Shown piece by piece: positions 40,454 through 49,739 of a stretch of 53,058 bases of DNA. The notes below the pieces were generated by a model that saw only the letters and a list, made by a program, of their open reading frames with translations, had not been told where the DNA came from and did not search any database. A program made the position numbers and the translations under genes. The DNA is from an uncultured Collinsella sp. (GTDB lineage Bacteria > Actinomycetota > Coriobacteriia > Coriobacteriales > Coriobacteriaceae). The stretch covers positions 1-53,058 of the forward strand of contig CABSMS010000001.1 in the NCBI GenBank assembly GCA_902478885.1, written 5' to 3'. The first letter of the stretch is position 1, and each line of letters starts with the position of its first letter.

Positions 40454-40837
40454 CTAGAAACCAAAACCAAAGCCCGTTCCGGTAATCGCCGAGTACATAA
40501 AGTAAACGTTGATCACGTTGAGGAACACACCCGTGATGCAACCGTTGCGCAGGTAGCGCTCGCACACGATGCGCGCCATGGCGGCGGAGTCATCATTGTT
40601 CTTTGCTTGACGACCGGCGGTAAAATACGTCGCCACGCCGAGCAGCAGGTTGAGCACCGGCAGCGCCAGCAGCTCGTAGCTCTTGCCCCAACGCGTCACC
40701 TCGCCTGCTGCGTTAAACTTTGTTGCCACCTCGGGACCAATGTTGGGGATAACAAACGCTGCAACCACCAGCGGAATCACCGCGAGCACCAGCAGCGCGA
40801 TGCCCATGTAGCCGGCTTTTTTGCCATATTTAAACAT
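40454..40837 (-). CDS. DUF1648-like membrane protein
   Basis: P.V.T.F.A.G....WGK motif, three TMs. Confidence 0.7.
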   Translation of the reverse strand: MFKYGKKAGYMGIALLVLAVIPLVVAAFVIPNIGPEVATKFNAAGEVTRWGKSYELLALPVLNLLLGVATYFTAGRQAKNNDDSAAMARIVCERYLRNGCITGVFLNVINVYFMYSAITGTGFGFGF

Positions 40838-40848
40838 GCGCGTCGCCC

Positions 40849-41925
40849 TTACACGTTAAAGCGGAAGTGCACGACGTCGCCATCGGCCATGACATAGTCC
40901 TTGCCCTCAATGCGCAGCTTGCCGGCAGCCTTAGCGCCCTGCTCGCCGCCGAGCTCGATGTAGTCGTCGTAGCCAATGACCTCGGCCTTAATAAAGCCGC
41001 GCTCAAAGTCGGTGTGGATGACACCGGCGGCCTGCGGGGCGGTCGCGCCCTGACGAACCGTCCAGGCCTTGACCTCCATCTCGCCGGCCGTAAAGAACGA
41101 CTGCAGGCCGAGCAGCTTGTAGGCTGCCTGCGCGAGCACGTCCAGACCGGGCTGCTCCAGGCCCAAGCTTTCCAGGTAGTCGGCGGCGTCCTCGGGATCG
41201 AGCTCGGAAAGCTCGGCCTCGATCTTGGCGCAGATAGGCAGCGGCTTGACGCCGTCGATGGGCGCCAGATCGTCGTTGAGCATATCCTCGTCCACGTTGG
41301 CCACATACAGGATGGGCTTCATAGTGAGCAGGAACAGGCCCTTGGCGGCGGCACGCTCCTCGTCGGTCATCTCCATGGATGCGGCGCGCTTGCCCTCGTT
41401 GAGCCAGGCAAGCAGGCGCTTGGCCACCTCGAACTTGGGCATGAGCTCCTTGTCGCGCTTGGCCTCCTTCTCGAGCTTGGGCAGCTGCTTCTCGAGCGTG
41501 CCCATGTCGGCCAGGATAAGCTCAGTCATGATGGTGTCGGCATCGCCGGCGGGATCGACGAACTCGCCCGTGCGGCCCACCTCACGCATGACGTTGGGGT
41601 CCTTAAAGTAGCGTACGACCTCACAGATGGCGTCGGTCTCGCGGATGTTTGCCAAGAACTGGTTGCCCAGGCCCTCGCCCTCGTTGGCACCCTTCACCAG
41701 GCCCGCGATGTCGACAAACTCGACCGTCGCCGGCACAATGCGGCCCGGGTTGACGATGTCGGCAAGCTTTTGCAGGCGGCTATCGGGCACATCGACGATA
41801 CCCACGTTGGGGTCGATCGTGGCGAACGGGTAGTTGGCGGCAAGGCCGGTCTTTTTGGTAAGCGCGGTGAACAGCGTCGACTTGCCCACGTTGGGCAGGC
41901 CCACGATACCGATGGAAAGGGACAC
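40849..41925 (-). CDS. ychF: Redox-regulated ATPase YchF
   Basis: [38 protein letters not shown]. Confidence 0.97.
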   Translation of the reverse strand: MSLSIGIVGLPNVGKSTLFTALTKKTGLAANYPFATIDPNVGIVDVPDSRLQKLADIVNPGRIVPATVEFVDIAGLVKGANEGEGLGNQFLANIRETDAICEVVRYFKDPNVMREVGRTGEFVDPAGDADTIMTELILADMGTLEKQLPKLEKEAKRDKELMPKFEVAKRLLAWLNEGKRAASMEMTDEERAAAKGLFLLTMKPILYVANVDEDMLNDDLAPIDGVKPLPICAKIEAELSELDPEDAADYLESLGLEQPGLDVLAQAAYKLLGLQSFFTAGEMEVKAWTVRQGATAPQAAGVIHTDFERGFIKAEVIGYDDYIELGGEQGAKAAGKLRIEGKDYVMADGDVVHFRFNV

Positions 41926-42039
41926 GACAGCTCCTTTTGGTACAGGTACTTCAAACCGTATAAGTATAGCGCCGCCGCAGCATCCGGGCGAATCCGGACA
42001 CCGCGGCGGCGCAAATGAAGCAGAGATAGAGCTCGCTGA

Positions 42040-43293
42040 CTAGTCCGCGAGCTTTTCCACCTGGTCGAGCATCTTGTCAAGCTTGGCCTTTGCTTCGGCC
42101 TTGACCTTCTCGGCCTCCTCGTGGGCCTTGGCCTTCTGAGCGGCCTTTTCCTCGGCCTCGGGGTCGACAACGACCAGATTGGACGCATCGTGCTCGACCA
42201 GCTTGAGCGCATGATCGGGGCACACCTTGACGCAAGCTCCGCAACCTAGGCAATACGTGGACTCCAGTGCAAAGCGACCGCTTCCCACCAAATCGCAGGC
42301 AAACGTGGGGCACACGTTGACGCACTCGCCGCACGACGTGCACTTGTCAAAATCGCATTCCGGTGTGCTCACCTGCATATTCTGGGCAAGCTCGGGATGG
42401 TTCTGCAGCGTCGAGAGCACCAGCTGCCGCCCGTGCGTGAGCGAACGGCGACGCTTGGTCGTCGTGGTGCCGCACATGGTGTTGAGTGTGCGCTCGAGCT
42501 GCGTGATCTGGTGACGGTGGGCCTTCAACTTCTGCGTCACCGAGGCCAGTGCCGCCGTCGCCGGGTTGAGCTTAGTCACGGTTAGGCCCGTGGTGCGGGC
42601 AATCTTATCCATGTACTCCTTGCGCTCGTACTCGCGGCGCTTATGGCACTTGAGGCTCTTGGGGTCGACCTCCAGGCCCATGCCCGTGCCGGACCACTCC
42701 TCGGCCTTCGCAATCGCCTCGCCCAGAATGTCCTCACCGCCGGTGTTGCGACACTTATCGCACACGCCTAGTGGCAGGTAGACGCTCACGTTGGGATAGT
42801 CAGCCAGTACCGAGAACCAGGTCTCGGCAGTAATATCGCCCACGCAGGCGACGACGACCTCGTTCTCGCGCGGCATGCGCTTAAGAGCGCGCGTGCAGGT
42901 GACGTAGGCGGTCTCGTGGCTCGTAGCAGCAGAGACAATATCGTCATACAGGTTTTTAGGCGCCAGGCGCGGCGAGATGATCGCCTCGGTCGGACAGGCA
43001 GCGGCGCACAGGCCGCACTTGCGACAGGAGTCGAGAATCTCGATGGCGTCTTCCTCGACCTCGATAGCGTTGACCGGGCACACGTCCATGCACGCAGTGC
43101 AACCGCTCTTTTCGTTTTTGCAGGTCAGGCACGGAATTGTGTTGCCGCGCGGACGCTCCTTGTAGTCGGCAGGATTCCACTGCGGTGCCGACGGATCGAG
43201 TGCATCGGTCACACCGCCAAGCGGGTTTTTAAGAAAGTCGAAACCCTTGCTAATCTCGATAATGTCATCAAACAGATCGTGTTCCTGCGCCAT
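42040..43293 (-). CDS. Polyferredoxin-like 4Fe-4S binding protein
   Basis: Four ferredoxin-type Cys clusters ending in CP. Confidence 0.85.
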   Translation of the reverse strand: MAQEHDLFDDIIEISKGFDFLKNPLGGVTDALDPSAPQWNPADYKERPRGNTIPCLTCKNEKSGCTACMDVCPVNAIEVEEDAIEILDSCRKCGLCAAACPTEAIISPRLAPKNLYDDIVSAATSHETAYVTCTRALKRMPRENEVVVACVGDITAETWFSVLADYPNVSVYLPLGVCDKCRNTGGEDILGEAIAKAEEWSGTGMGLEVDPKSLKCHKRREYERKEYMDKIARTTGLTVTKLNPATAALASVTQKLKAHRHQITQLERTLNTMCGTTTTKRRRSLTHGRQLVLSTLQNHPELAQNMQVSTPECDFDKCTSCGECVNVCPTFACDLVGSGRFALESTYCLGCGACVKVCPDHALKLVEHDASNLVVVDPEAEEKAAQKAKAHEEAEKVKAEAKAKLDKMLDQVEKLAD

Positions 43294-43443
43294 GCGCGGC
43301 CCCTCCCTGAGCAGTGCAAACAAGCAAGAGATAATGATACGCTATCGGCCCACGCCTCGGGCAAATTACACGCGGCGCACCTTTGAGGCAAATAGCCTAT
43401 GCCTATCGCCGCCTCGATTGCACAAGGTCGATCAAGCGCCTAG

Positions 43444-44625
43444 CTATGCCTCGCGCATGAGCTGCACGAGCTTTTGTCTGGTCACCTTGGCCTGTTCGTT
43501 AGCCATATTGCGTTCGTTTCTAAAGGCCGCATCTGCAACGCTCATCAGGTCGGCATCGGAAATCTCGTCAAGGCCCAGCTCCTCGAGCGTCGTCGGCAGA
43601 CCGACGCGCTGGCAAAACTCGAGCACCTGATTAAGCTCGGGCGCACGCTCCAGGCGCAGCTGCACCACCAGGCCAAATGCCACGGCCTCACCATGCATGG
43701 CCTTGCACTCGGGCAGAATCGTCAGGCCGTTGGCTATGGCATGGGCAAGCGCTAGGCCACCACTCTCAAAGCCAACACCCGAGAGCAGAATATTGCACTC
43801 GATCAGGCGCTCAACCGCTGGCGATGTACGGCCCTTTTTGAGATCGCGCTTGGCAGCGACGCCGCACTCCATGAGTGTGTCATAGCAGGCACGAGCCGCA
43901 ACCAAGGCCAAGTGTCCCGGCGCGCCACCGTGCTCGTTGGCGCCGTGCGCCGCGGCGCACGAACGCGCCTCGAAATACGTTGCCAGCGCATCGCCCATAC
44001 CAGCGACCGTCATACGCAGCGGAGCCGCCGAGACCACGTTGGTATCGACCACGACCAGGTCTGGATTCTTCTCGAGCATCAGGTAGCGGTCGAACGACCC
44101 ATCCTCGTGATACAGCACCGAAATCGCACTGCACGGACCGTCCATCGAAGCCGCCGTGGGGCATACGCACAACGGCAACTCGGCATAAAACGCAACGGCC
44201 TTGGCGATATCCAGCATCTTGCCGCCGCCAATACCCACCACCATGTCGCAATACTCGGCCTGGGCTTCCTTAGCCATTTTTACAACGGCTTCTTCCGTAC
44301 ACGGACCGTTATAGATCTTAAAGAATGGCTCGCTTAGGTCTTCATCCAGAAATCCATCGACGATCTGCTTGCACAGCCGATCCTCGGTGCCCTGGTCAAA
44401 CAAGACATAGGCAGCGCAGCCCAACCATGACAAATACCTGCCCTGACGCGAAAGTTCGCCCGGCCCCTGAACATACCGGCCGGGGCCGCCATAAACCATG
44501 GGAAGCGCCATACGAAAATCCGCCCTTTCATCAATAACAATTGGTGCAAAGTAACCCGCCCCCTGCACCAACTTGTGCATTGGTGACAGGTCACTTTGCA
44601 CCATAGCAAAAAGGGGCAAAGCCAT
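43444..44625 (-). CDS. Glycerol dehydrogenase paralog
   Basis: GGGK, PTAAS, GDALATYFEA, HAIANG, HGE. Confidence 0.85.
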   Translation of the reverse strand: MALPLFAMVQSDLSPMHKLVQGAGYFAPIVIDERADFRMALPMVYGGPGRYVQGPGELSRQGRYLSWLGCAAYVLFDQGTEDRLCKQIVDGFLDEDLSEPFFKIYNGPCTEEAVVKMAKEAQAEYCDMVVGIGGGKMLDIAKAVAFYAELPLCVCPTAASMDGPCSAISVLYHEDGSFDRYLMLEKNPDLVVVDTNVVSAAPLRMTVAGMGDALATYFEARSCAAAHGANEHGGAPGHLALVAARACYDTLMECGVAAKRDLKKGRTSPAVERLIECNILLSGVGFESGGLALAHAIANGLTILPECKAMHGEAVAFGLVVQLRLERAPELNQVLEFCQRVGLPTTLEELGLDEISDADLMSVADAAFRNERNMANEQAKVTRQKLVQLMREA

Positions 44626-44655
44626 CTGCCGGCTTTGCCCCTTCCTTAGCTTGAT

Positions 44656-45756
44656 TTACTCATCCATGAGGTAATAATGACCCAGCGCGTCGGCACCCAG
44701 GATGGCGTTGGCGACCATCTCAGGCGTCACCTCAAACGGCATGTTGCACATGGTGTCATCGGGCGCGCAGGCGGCCTCGGCAACAATCATGGCCTGCTCG
44801 CGCGTAAGCTCGGTAACGCCAAGCTCCTTCATCGTGACCGGCAGGCCCAGCTCAATGCAGAAGCCCAAGACTTCCTCAAGCTTCTCAGTCGGAGCATCCT
44901 CGAGTACCAGTTGGACGATGGTGCCAAAGGCGACCTTCTCGCCGTGATACATGCCGTGGCACTCGGGCAGCATCGTCAGGCCATTGTGGATGGCATGAGC
45001 AGCAGCAAGGCCCGAGCTCTCAAAGCCAATACCGGAGAGCAGCGTGTTGGCCTCGATGATGTGCTCGACGGCAGGCGTCAGCGCGCCCTTCTCCAGCGCA
45101 ACTTTGGCCTTGACGCCATCGGCCATAAGCGTCTCGTAGCAGAGCTTAGCGAGCGCCAGGCCGGACATGCCGCCCTTGCCGCCGGCGCAAGTGCCACCAT
45201 CGGCATCATGCGTCGCCTGGGCCTCAAAGTAGGTTGCGAGCGCATCGCCCATACCGGAAACCGTCAGGCGCACCGGGCTCGCCGCGATAACCGTCGTATC
45301 CATCAGGACAATATTGGGGTTTGCCTTAAGGAAGAGATATTTATCGAACTGGCCGTCGTCGGTGTAGAGCACCGAAAGAGCAGAGCACGGAGCATCGGTC
45401 GAAGCGATGGTGGGGCAAATGATGACCGGGGACTCCAGGTAGTAGGCAACGGCCTTTGCGGTGTCGAGGATCTTGCCGCCACCGACGCCGACGATGATGT
45501 CGCAACCGTTGTCGCGGGCGAGCGCGACCAGGCGATCGACCTCGCCCTTGGAGCACTCGCCGTTAAAGTCCTCAAACAGCAGCTCGGCCTTGGCCTCGGC
45601 AAAGCCGCCCTCGATCTTGGCACCGACGCGCTTCTTGCCCGAAGGCGTCACGATGACGAGGGCCTTAGCGCCGAGCGGCTCGACATAGGAGCCGAGCTTT
45701 GCGAGCTCGTCCGGGCCCTGGATGTACTTGCTGGGGCTATTGAAAATTGCAGCCAT
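44656..45756 (-). CDS. gldA: Glycerol dehydrogenase
   Basis: SPSKYIQG, PTIASTDAPCS, GDALAT, AAAHAIHNG, HGEKVAFG. Confidence 0.92.
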   Translation of the reverse strand: MAAIFNSPSKYIQGPDELAKLGSYVEPLGAKALVIVTPSGKKRVGAKIEGGFAEAKAELLFEDFNGECSKGEVDRLVALARDNGCDIIVGVGGGKILDTAKAVAYYLESPVIICPTIASTDAPCSALSVLYTDDGQFDKYLFLKANPNIVLMDTTVIAASPVRLTVSGMGDALATYFEAQATHDADGGTCAGGKGGMSGLALAKLCYETLMADGVKAKVALEKGALTPAVEHIIEANTLLSGIGFESSGLAAAHAIHNGLTMLPECHGMYHGEKVAFGTIVQLVLEDAPTEKLEEVLGFCIELGLPVTMKELGVTELTREQAMIVAEAACAPDDTMCNMPFEVTPEMVANAILGADALGHYYLMDE

Positions 45757-45786
45757 AACTATCCCATTCTCTAATAATAAAAAGAA

Positions 45787-45818
45787 AGGGGCTCCGTACG
45801 GATACGTGCGGAGCCCCT
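45787..45818 (-). terminator. Intrinsic terminator after the adh gene
   Basis: aggggctccg...cggagcccct followed on the minus strand by a T-run. Confidence 0.75.
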
Positions 45819-45839
45819 CGTTACGATAACAAGAGTCGA

Positions 45840-47063
45840 TTAGAAATCGATGTCGGTGTCGTAGTAGCAGGCCTTGAGGATCTTCTCGAAGTCGGCAGCC
45901 TTGGTCTCACGCGGGTTCTCCGGCGTGCAGGCGTCGGTCTCGGCGTTCGCGGCGATCTCGGGCAGCTTGGCGAGGAACTCCTCCTCGGAAACCATCTGCG
46001 GGTTCTCGGCGTCGACCTTCACGCCACCATTCGCGTAATCCTTGATGGACTGCGGAATGTTGAGCTGGTCGTTGAGGTCACGAATCTTCTGGACGAGCGC
46101 AGCGATGAGCTCCTCGTTGGTCTCGCCGGGAAGGTGCAGGATCTCCTTGGCCACGTAAGCGTAACGCTCGGCAGCACGCGGGTCCTTGGAGTTCCACTGG
46201 ATGACCTTGCCCAGGTACATGGCGTTAGCGGCACCGTGGATGATGTGACCGTTCTCAAAGGCTGCACCGGTCTTGTGAGCCATGGAGTGAACGATGCCGA
46301 GCAGGCCCGAGGAAAAGGCGATACCGGCGATGCACTGAGCCTCGTGCATGTGCTGACGGGCCTCATGGTCGCCAGCATAGGACTTGGGCAGCCACTCGAC
46401 GATCTCGCGGATGCCGTGCAGAGCGTTGGCGTCGGTGAACATAGAGGCGCAGGTGGAAACGTAGGCCTCCATGCAGTGGGTCAGAGCGTCCATGCCGGTA
46501 TGAGCGCACAGCTTGGCGGGCATGGTGTAGGTGAGCTCGGGGTCGACGATGGCGACATCAGGGGTGATGTTGAAGTCGGCCAGCGGGTACTTGATGCCCT
46601 TTTCGTAATCCGTGATGACGGAGAATGCGGTGACCTCGGTAGCGGTGCCGGAGGTAGAGGAAATGGCGCAGAAGTGAGCCTTCTGACGCAGCTCGGGGAA
46701 GCTGAACGGCTGGATAATGTTGTCGAAGGACTCCTCGGGATACTCGTAGAAGACCCACATGGCCTTAGCAGCATCGATGGGCGAACCGCCGCCGATAGCA
46801 ACGATCCAGTCGGGCTCGAAGTCGCGCATAGCGGCTGCGCCCTTCATGACGGTCTCGATGGAGGGATCGGACTCGACGCCCTCGAACAGCTTGACCTCCA
46901 TGCCGGCCTCTTTGAGGTCGGCCTCAACGTCCTGCAGGAACCCGCCGCGGCGCATAGAGCTGCCGCCAGAAACGATGATGGCCTTCTTACCCTTGAGGTT
47001 CTTCACCTCGTGGCGAGCGCCCTCACCAAAGTACAGATCGCGAGGATTGGTAAAACGTCCCAT
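45840..47063 (-). CDS. Iron-containing alcohol (butanol) dehydrogenase
   Basis: GGGSPIDAAK, TSGTATE, GMDALTH, HSMAH, HG. Confidence 0.92.
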   Translation of the reverse strand: MGRFTNPRDLYFGEGARHEVKNLKGKKAIIVSGGSSMRRGGFLQDVEADLKEAGMEVKLFEGVESDPSIETVMKGAAAMRDFEPDWIVAIGGGSPIDAAKAMWVFYEYPEESFDNIIQPFSFPELRQKAHFCAISSTSGTATEVTAFSVITDYEKGIKYPLADFNITPDVAIVDPELTYTMPAKLCAHTGMDALTHCMEAYVSTCASMFTDANALHGIREIVEWLPKSYAGDHEARQHMHEAQCIAGIAFSSGLLGIVHSMAHKTGAAFENGHIIHGAANAMYLGKVIQWNSKDPRAAERYAYVAKEILHLPGETNEELIAALVQKIRDLNDQLNIPQSIKDYANGGVKVDAENPQMVSEEEFLAKLPEIAANAETDACTPENPRETKAADFEKILKACYYDTDIDF

Positions 47064-47574
47064 ACTGTGCCTCCTAAACAAGCCCCTCTTAGACTTGCGT
47101 ATATAACGGAGCACCCAATTGGCTCCGTTAGGACCGGTTTGCGCGTTGCCGGCGATGACAATGCGCGATGTCTAAACGTCTCAACGCTCAGACAAACACT
47201 ATTTTACCGTTCTGGTTGGTCAGTTATTCACCTAAAGCCGCCAATGATGAAACGTTTTTTCTATCCCTGAAGACCCTTGTGCGGCATTCATACTCCCAAG
47301 CTGGGCAAACGTTTTATCAAGGTTGACTACATATCCCGGGCAGGACCGTGCCCCTCCAAAATATGCACCGTTCGCCGCCAAAAATCGACCGTTTGCGGCA
47401 CCGTGATACCACTCGGTCGTCCAAGGTGCCGACATTTGTGCGACATCCGTCTGACATCCGTCTTCGTGGTGCAAAGGTGCATGTCCAAGTGCGGCACCCC
47501 CGGTGTGCCACATGCGGGTAAACTAGGACCTTATATAGAGAGATTTGAACCCTAACCGCAGCAAAGGAGGCCCC

Positions 47575-48651
47575 ATGGCATTCGATCCCATTCAAGAGGA
47601 TTGCCATCGCCTCGTTCTTGAGGCCTTGCGCCGCGACAATATCCCGCTCACCGACGGTGCCGCCGTCGAGCGTCTGATGGAGCAATTCACCCGCAACCCC
47701 GCACCGCTCATCGTGCACGACCGCGACCGCGCCGGGCACCTCATTGCCAAGGTGGTCGAGGCTGTCGACTACCGCATTCCCTTTATCCCTGACGATACCC
47801 AGGCAGAGCAAGAAGAGGCCACTGCCGAGAACATGCTTCGCGAGGCGACCGAGCTCGATCCGGCCAACTGGGACGCTCAGCGCATGCTGACCGCCCTCAC
47901 CGCCAACTCCAACGAGGAGTACGTACAGTACTTGGTATCCAAGCGCGATGAAGTCGAGCACGACCTGGCACTCAAGATCGCCTCGGCGCAGGACCCCTAC
48001 GAGCGCGAGGCCGCGGGCGACCTTATGCGCCGCCCCTACCTGCGCTGGCTTGCCGCCCTTGCGTCGCGTGCCCTCATTAGCGGCCGCTATCGCATGTCGC
48101 TCGAAGCCGCAAACCGCAGCCTCGACTTTGCCCCCAACGATCCGGCCGGCGTCCGCCACACCGCGATGCTCGCCATGGCTAAACTCGAATACCCCGCCGA
48201 GGAACTCAAGCGCTTTCGCTCTGCCCACTCCGTCCCCTATCTCGCCAGCACGCCGCTGCGCCGTCGTCCCAAGGACGCAGAGCGTGACTTAGACCCATGG
48301 ACGCTCATCGCGCTGATGAGCGCTGCCTGGCGCGAGCTGGACTACGAGGGCGCCGAGCACTACTTGTGCATCCTCGCACGCTCGTGCCCGCACGCAGCCG
48401 AAGCACTCTACTTCCAAACCGAGTTTCCCGATGGCGTCTATGCCCGCGTCAACGTGGGCGTGGGCTCCACCGACGAGCTTGTCCTTGCGCTGTCCGAGGC
48501 GACGCCGGTACTGCAGGAGGGCTTGGGCGCCCCCGACAACGCCAGCTTTGCCGCCTGGGTCGCCACCAACGATATCGTGCGTTCCCAGATCGACGAGCGC
48601 ATCCTGCGGGCGGCCGAGCAGGGCTTGCCGTTTAAGGGAGGAGACCTCTAA
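47575..48651 (+). CDS. Hypothetical helical (TPR-like) protein, paralog A
   Basis: AAAGGAGG RBS, native codon style, similarity to the next gene. Confidence 0.7.
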   Translation: MAFDPIQEDCHRLVLEALRRDNIPLTDGAAVERLMEQFTRNPAPLIVHDRDRAGHLIAKVVEAVDYRIPFIPDDTQAEQEEATAENMLREATELDPANWDAQRMLTALTANSNEEYVQYLVSKRDEVEHDLALKIASAQDPYEREAAGDLMRRPYLRWLAALASRALISGRYRMSLEAANRSLDFAPNDPAGVRHTAMLAMAKLEYPAEELKRFRSAHSVPYLASTPLRRRPKDAERDLDPWTLIALMSAAWRELDYEGAEHYLCILARSCPHAAEALYFQTEFPDGVYARVNVGVGSTDELVLALSEATPVLQEGLGAPDNASFAAWVATNDIVRSQIDERILRAAEQGLPFKGGDL

Positions 48652-49694
48652 TGGATCCGAGCGTCTACATCCCCGCCTACCTGGAGCGCGCCTACGTTGC
48701 GTCGCACCCCGAACTCACCGATGCAGCACGCGAGCTTGTCCATAACGACGTGAGCGTCAACCCTCATAAGTATGCGCAGACCGAGCATGCCCAGGCGCTG
48801 CTGTCCTATGCCGGCGTTCACCGCCACCTGCTCGACGAACTCCATCGCATCGAGGACATGGGCAGCGACGAGGAGTTTGAGCAGACGCGCAACCGTCTGT
48901 TCGACGATATGCGCGATGAGCTGCTCAAGATCGTCCGCATCGATGCGTATGTCCTCGATGCCCAGCTGCTCGCCATCATTTTGGCGGACACGCCCGTCGA
49001 CGCCTGTCTAGGCGACTTGATGAAGCTCGAGGCGACCACGGCCGATTACCTGCAGCAAAGCGTGCCCGGGTTCGACATGGAGGCCCCGCACTACTGGGCC
49101 AACAAGGCGCTGGCAGACGGCGTGACGGCGGCCGATCTCACTGTAAGCGAGCCGGCTCTTATCGGGTGGCTCCACACGCTCGAGGCCATCTCGCAGCTGT
49201 GCATGGCGAGCGCCCGCTATCGTGCTGCCGTCAACTATTCTCGCCGTGTTCTTAAGGCGGAAGGCTATCCCACCCGAGCTGCAGGCACCGTGCTACTCGC
49301 CCTCGCTCGTCTGGAAGACGAGGACGGCTTTTTTGCCCTGGCCCACCAGCTCGAGGAGCAGATGGGGGCCGATGTCCTCGAGGACTCCCCCTGGTACCTG
49401 CTCGCCCGCACAATCTTGCTGTTCAAAACGAACAAGATGCGCCCGGCGACACGCGCGCTGCGCGAGTTTGCCAACCGCTGCGAGGGCGGCGCGTTCTTCT
49501 TGCTGAACCCCATGTACCAGACGCCGTACCTTCCCTGCCGGCCCGAACCGCACGACCCCTGGGACCTTTCGCATCAGGCAGTTTGGGAGGCCGACGGCAT
49601 CATCTCGGATACTCCCGACTTTGCCCCCTGGGCCAACGCTTGCGAAGACGTATCGCAGCTTGCCCAGGAATTTGCGCGCCGCTACGGCTTTTAG
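48651..49694 (+). CDS. Hypothetical helical (TPR-like) protein, paralog B
   Basis: TAATG overlap with the previous gene, shared motifs. Confidence 0.7.
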   Translation: MDPSVYIPAYLERAYVASHPELTDAARELVHNDVSVNPHKYAQTEHAQALLSYAGVHRHLLDELHRIEDMGSDEEFEQTRNRLFDDMRDELLKIVRIDAYVLDAQLLAIILADTPVDACLGDLMKLEATTADYLQQSVPGFDMEAPHYWANKALADGVTAADLTVSEPALIGWLHTLEAISQLCMASARYRAAVNYSRRVLKAEGYPTRAAGTVLLALARLEDEDGFFALAHQLEEQMGADVLEDSPWYLLARTILLFKTNKMRPATRALREFANRCEGGAFFLLNPMYQTPYLPCRPEPHDPWDLSHQAVWEADGIISDTPDFAPWANACEDVSQLAQEFARRYGF

Positions 49695-49739
49695 CGACGC
49701 GATCGCCCCGACCATGTCATCTATGTTAGGAACGGCTTC

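Noticed and set aside
47170..47320. AAACGTTT-like LacI/cre boxes upstream of the adh gene
   Set aside because: Too short and degenerate to support without comparative data
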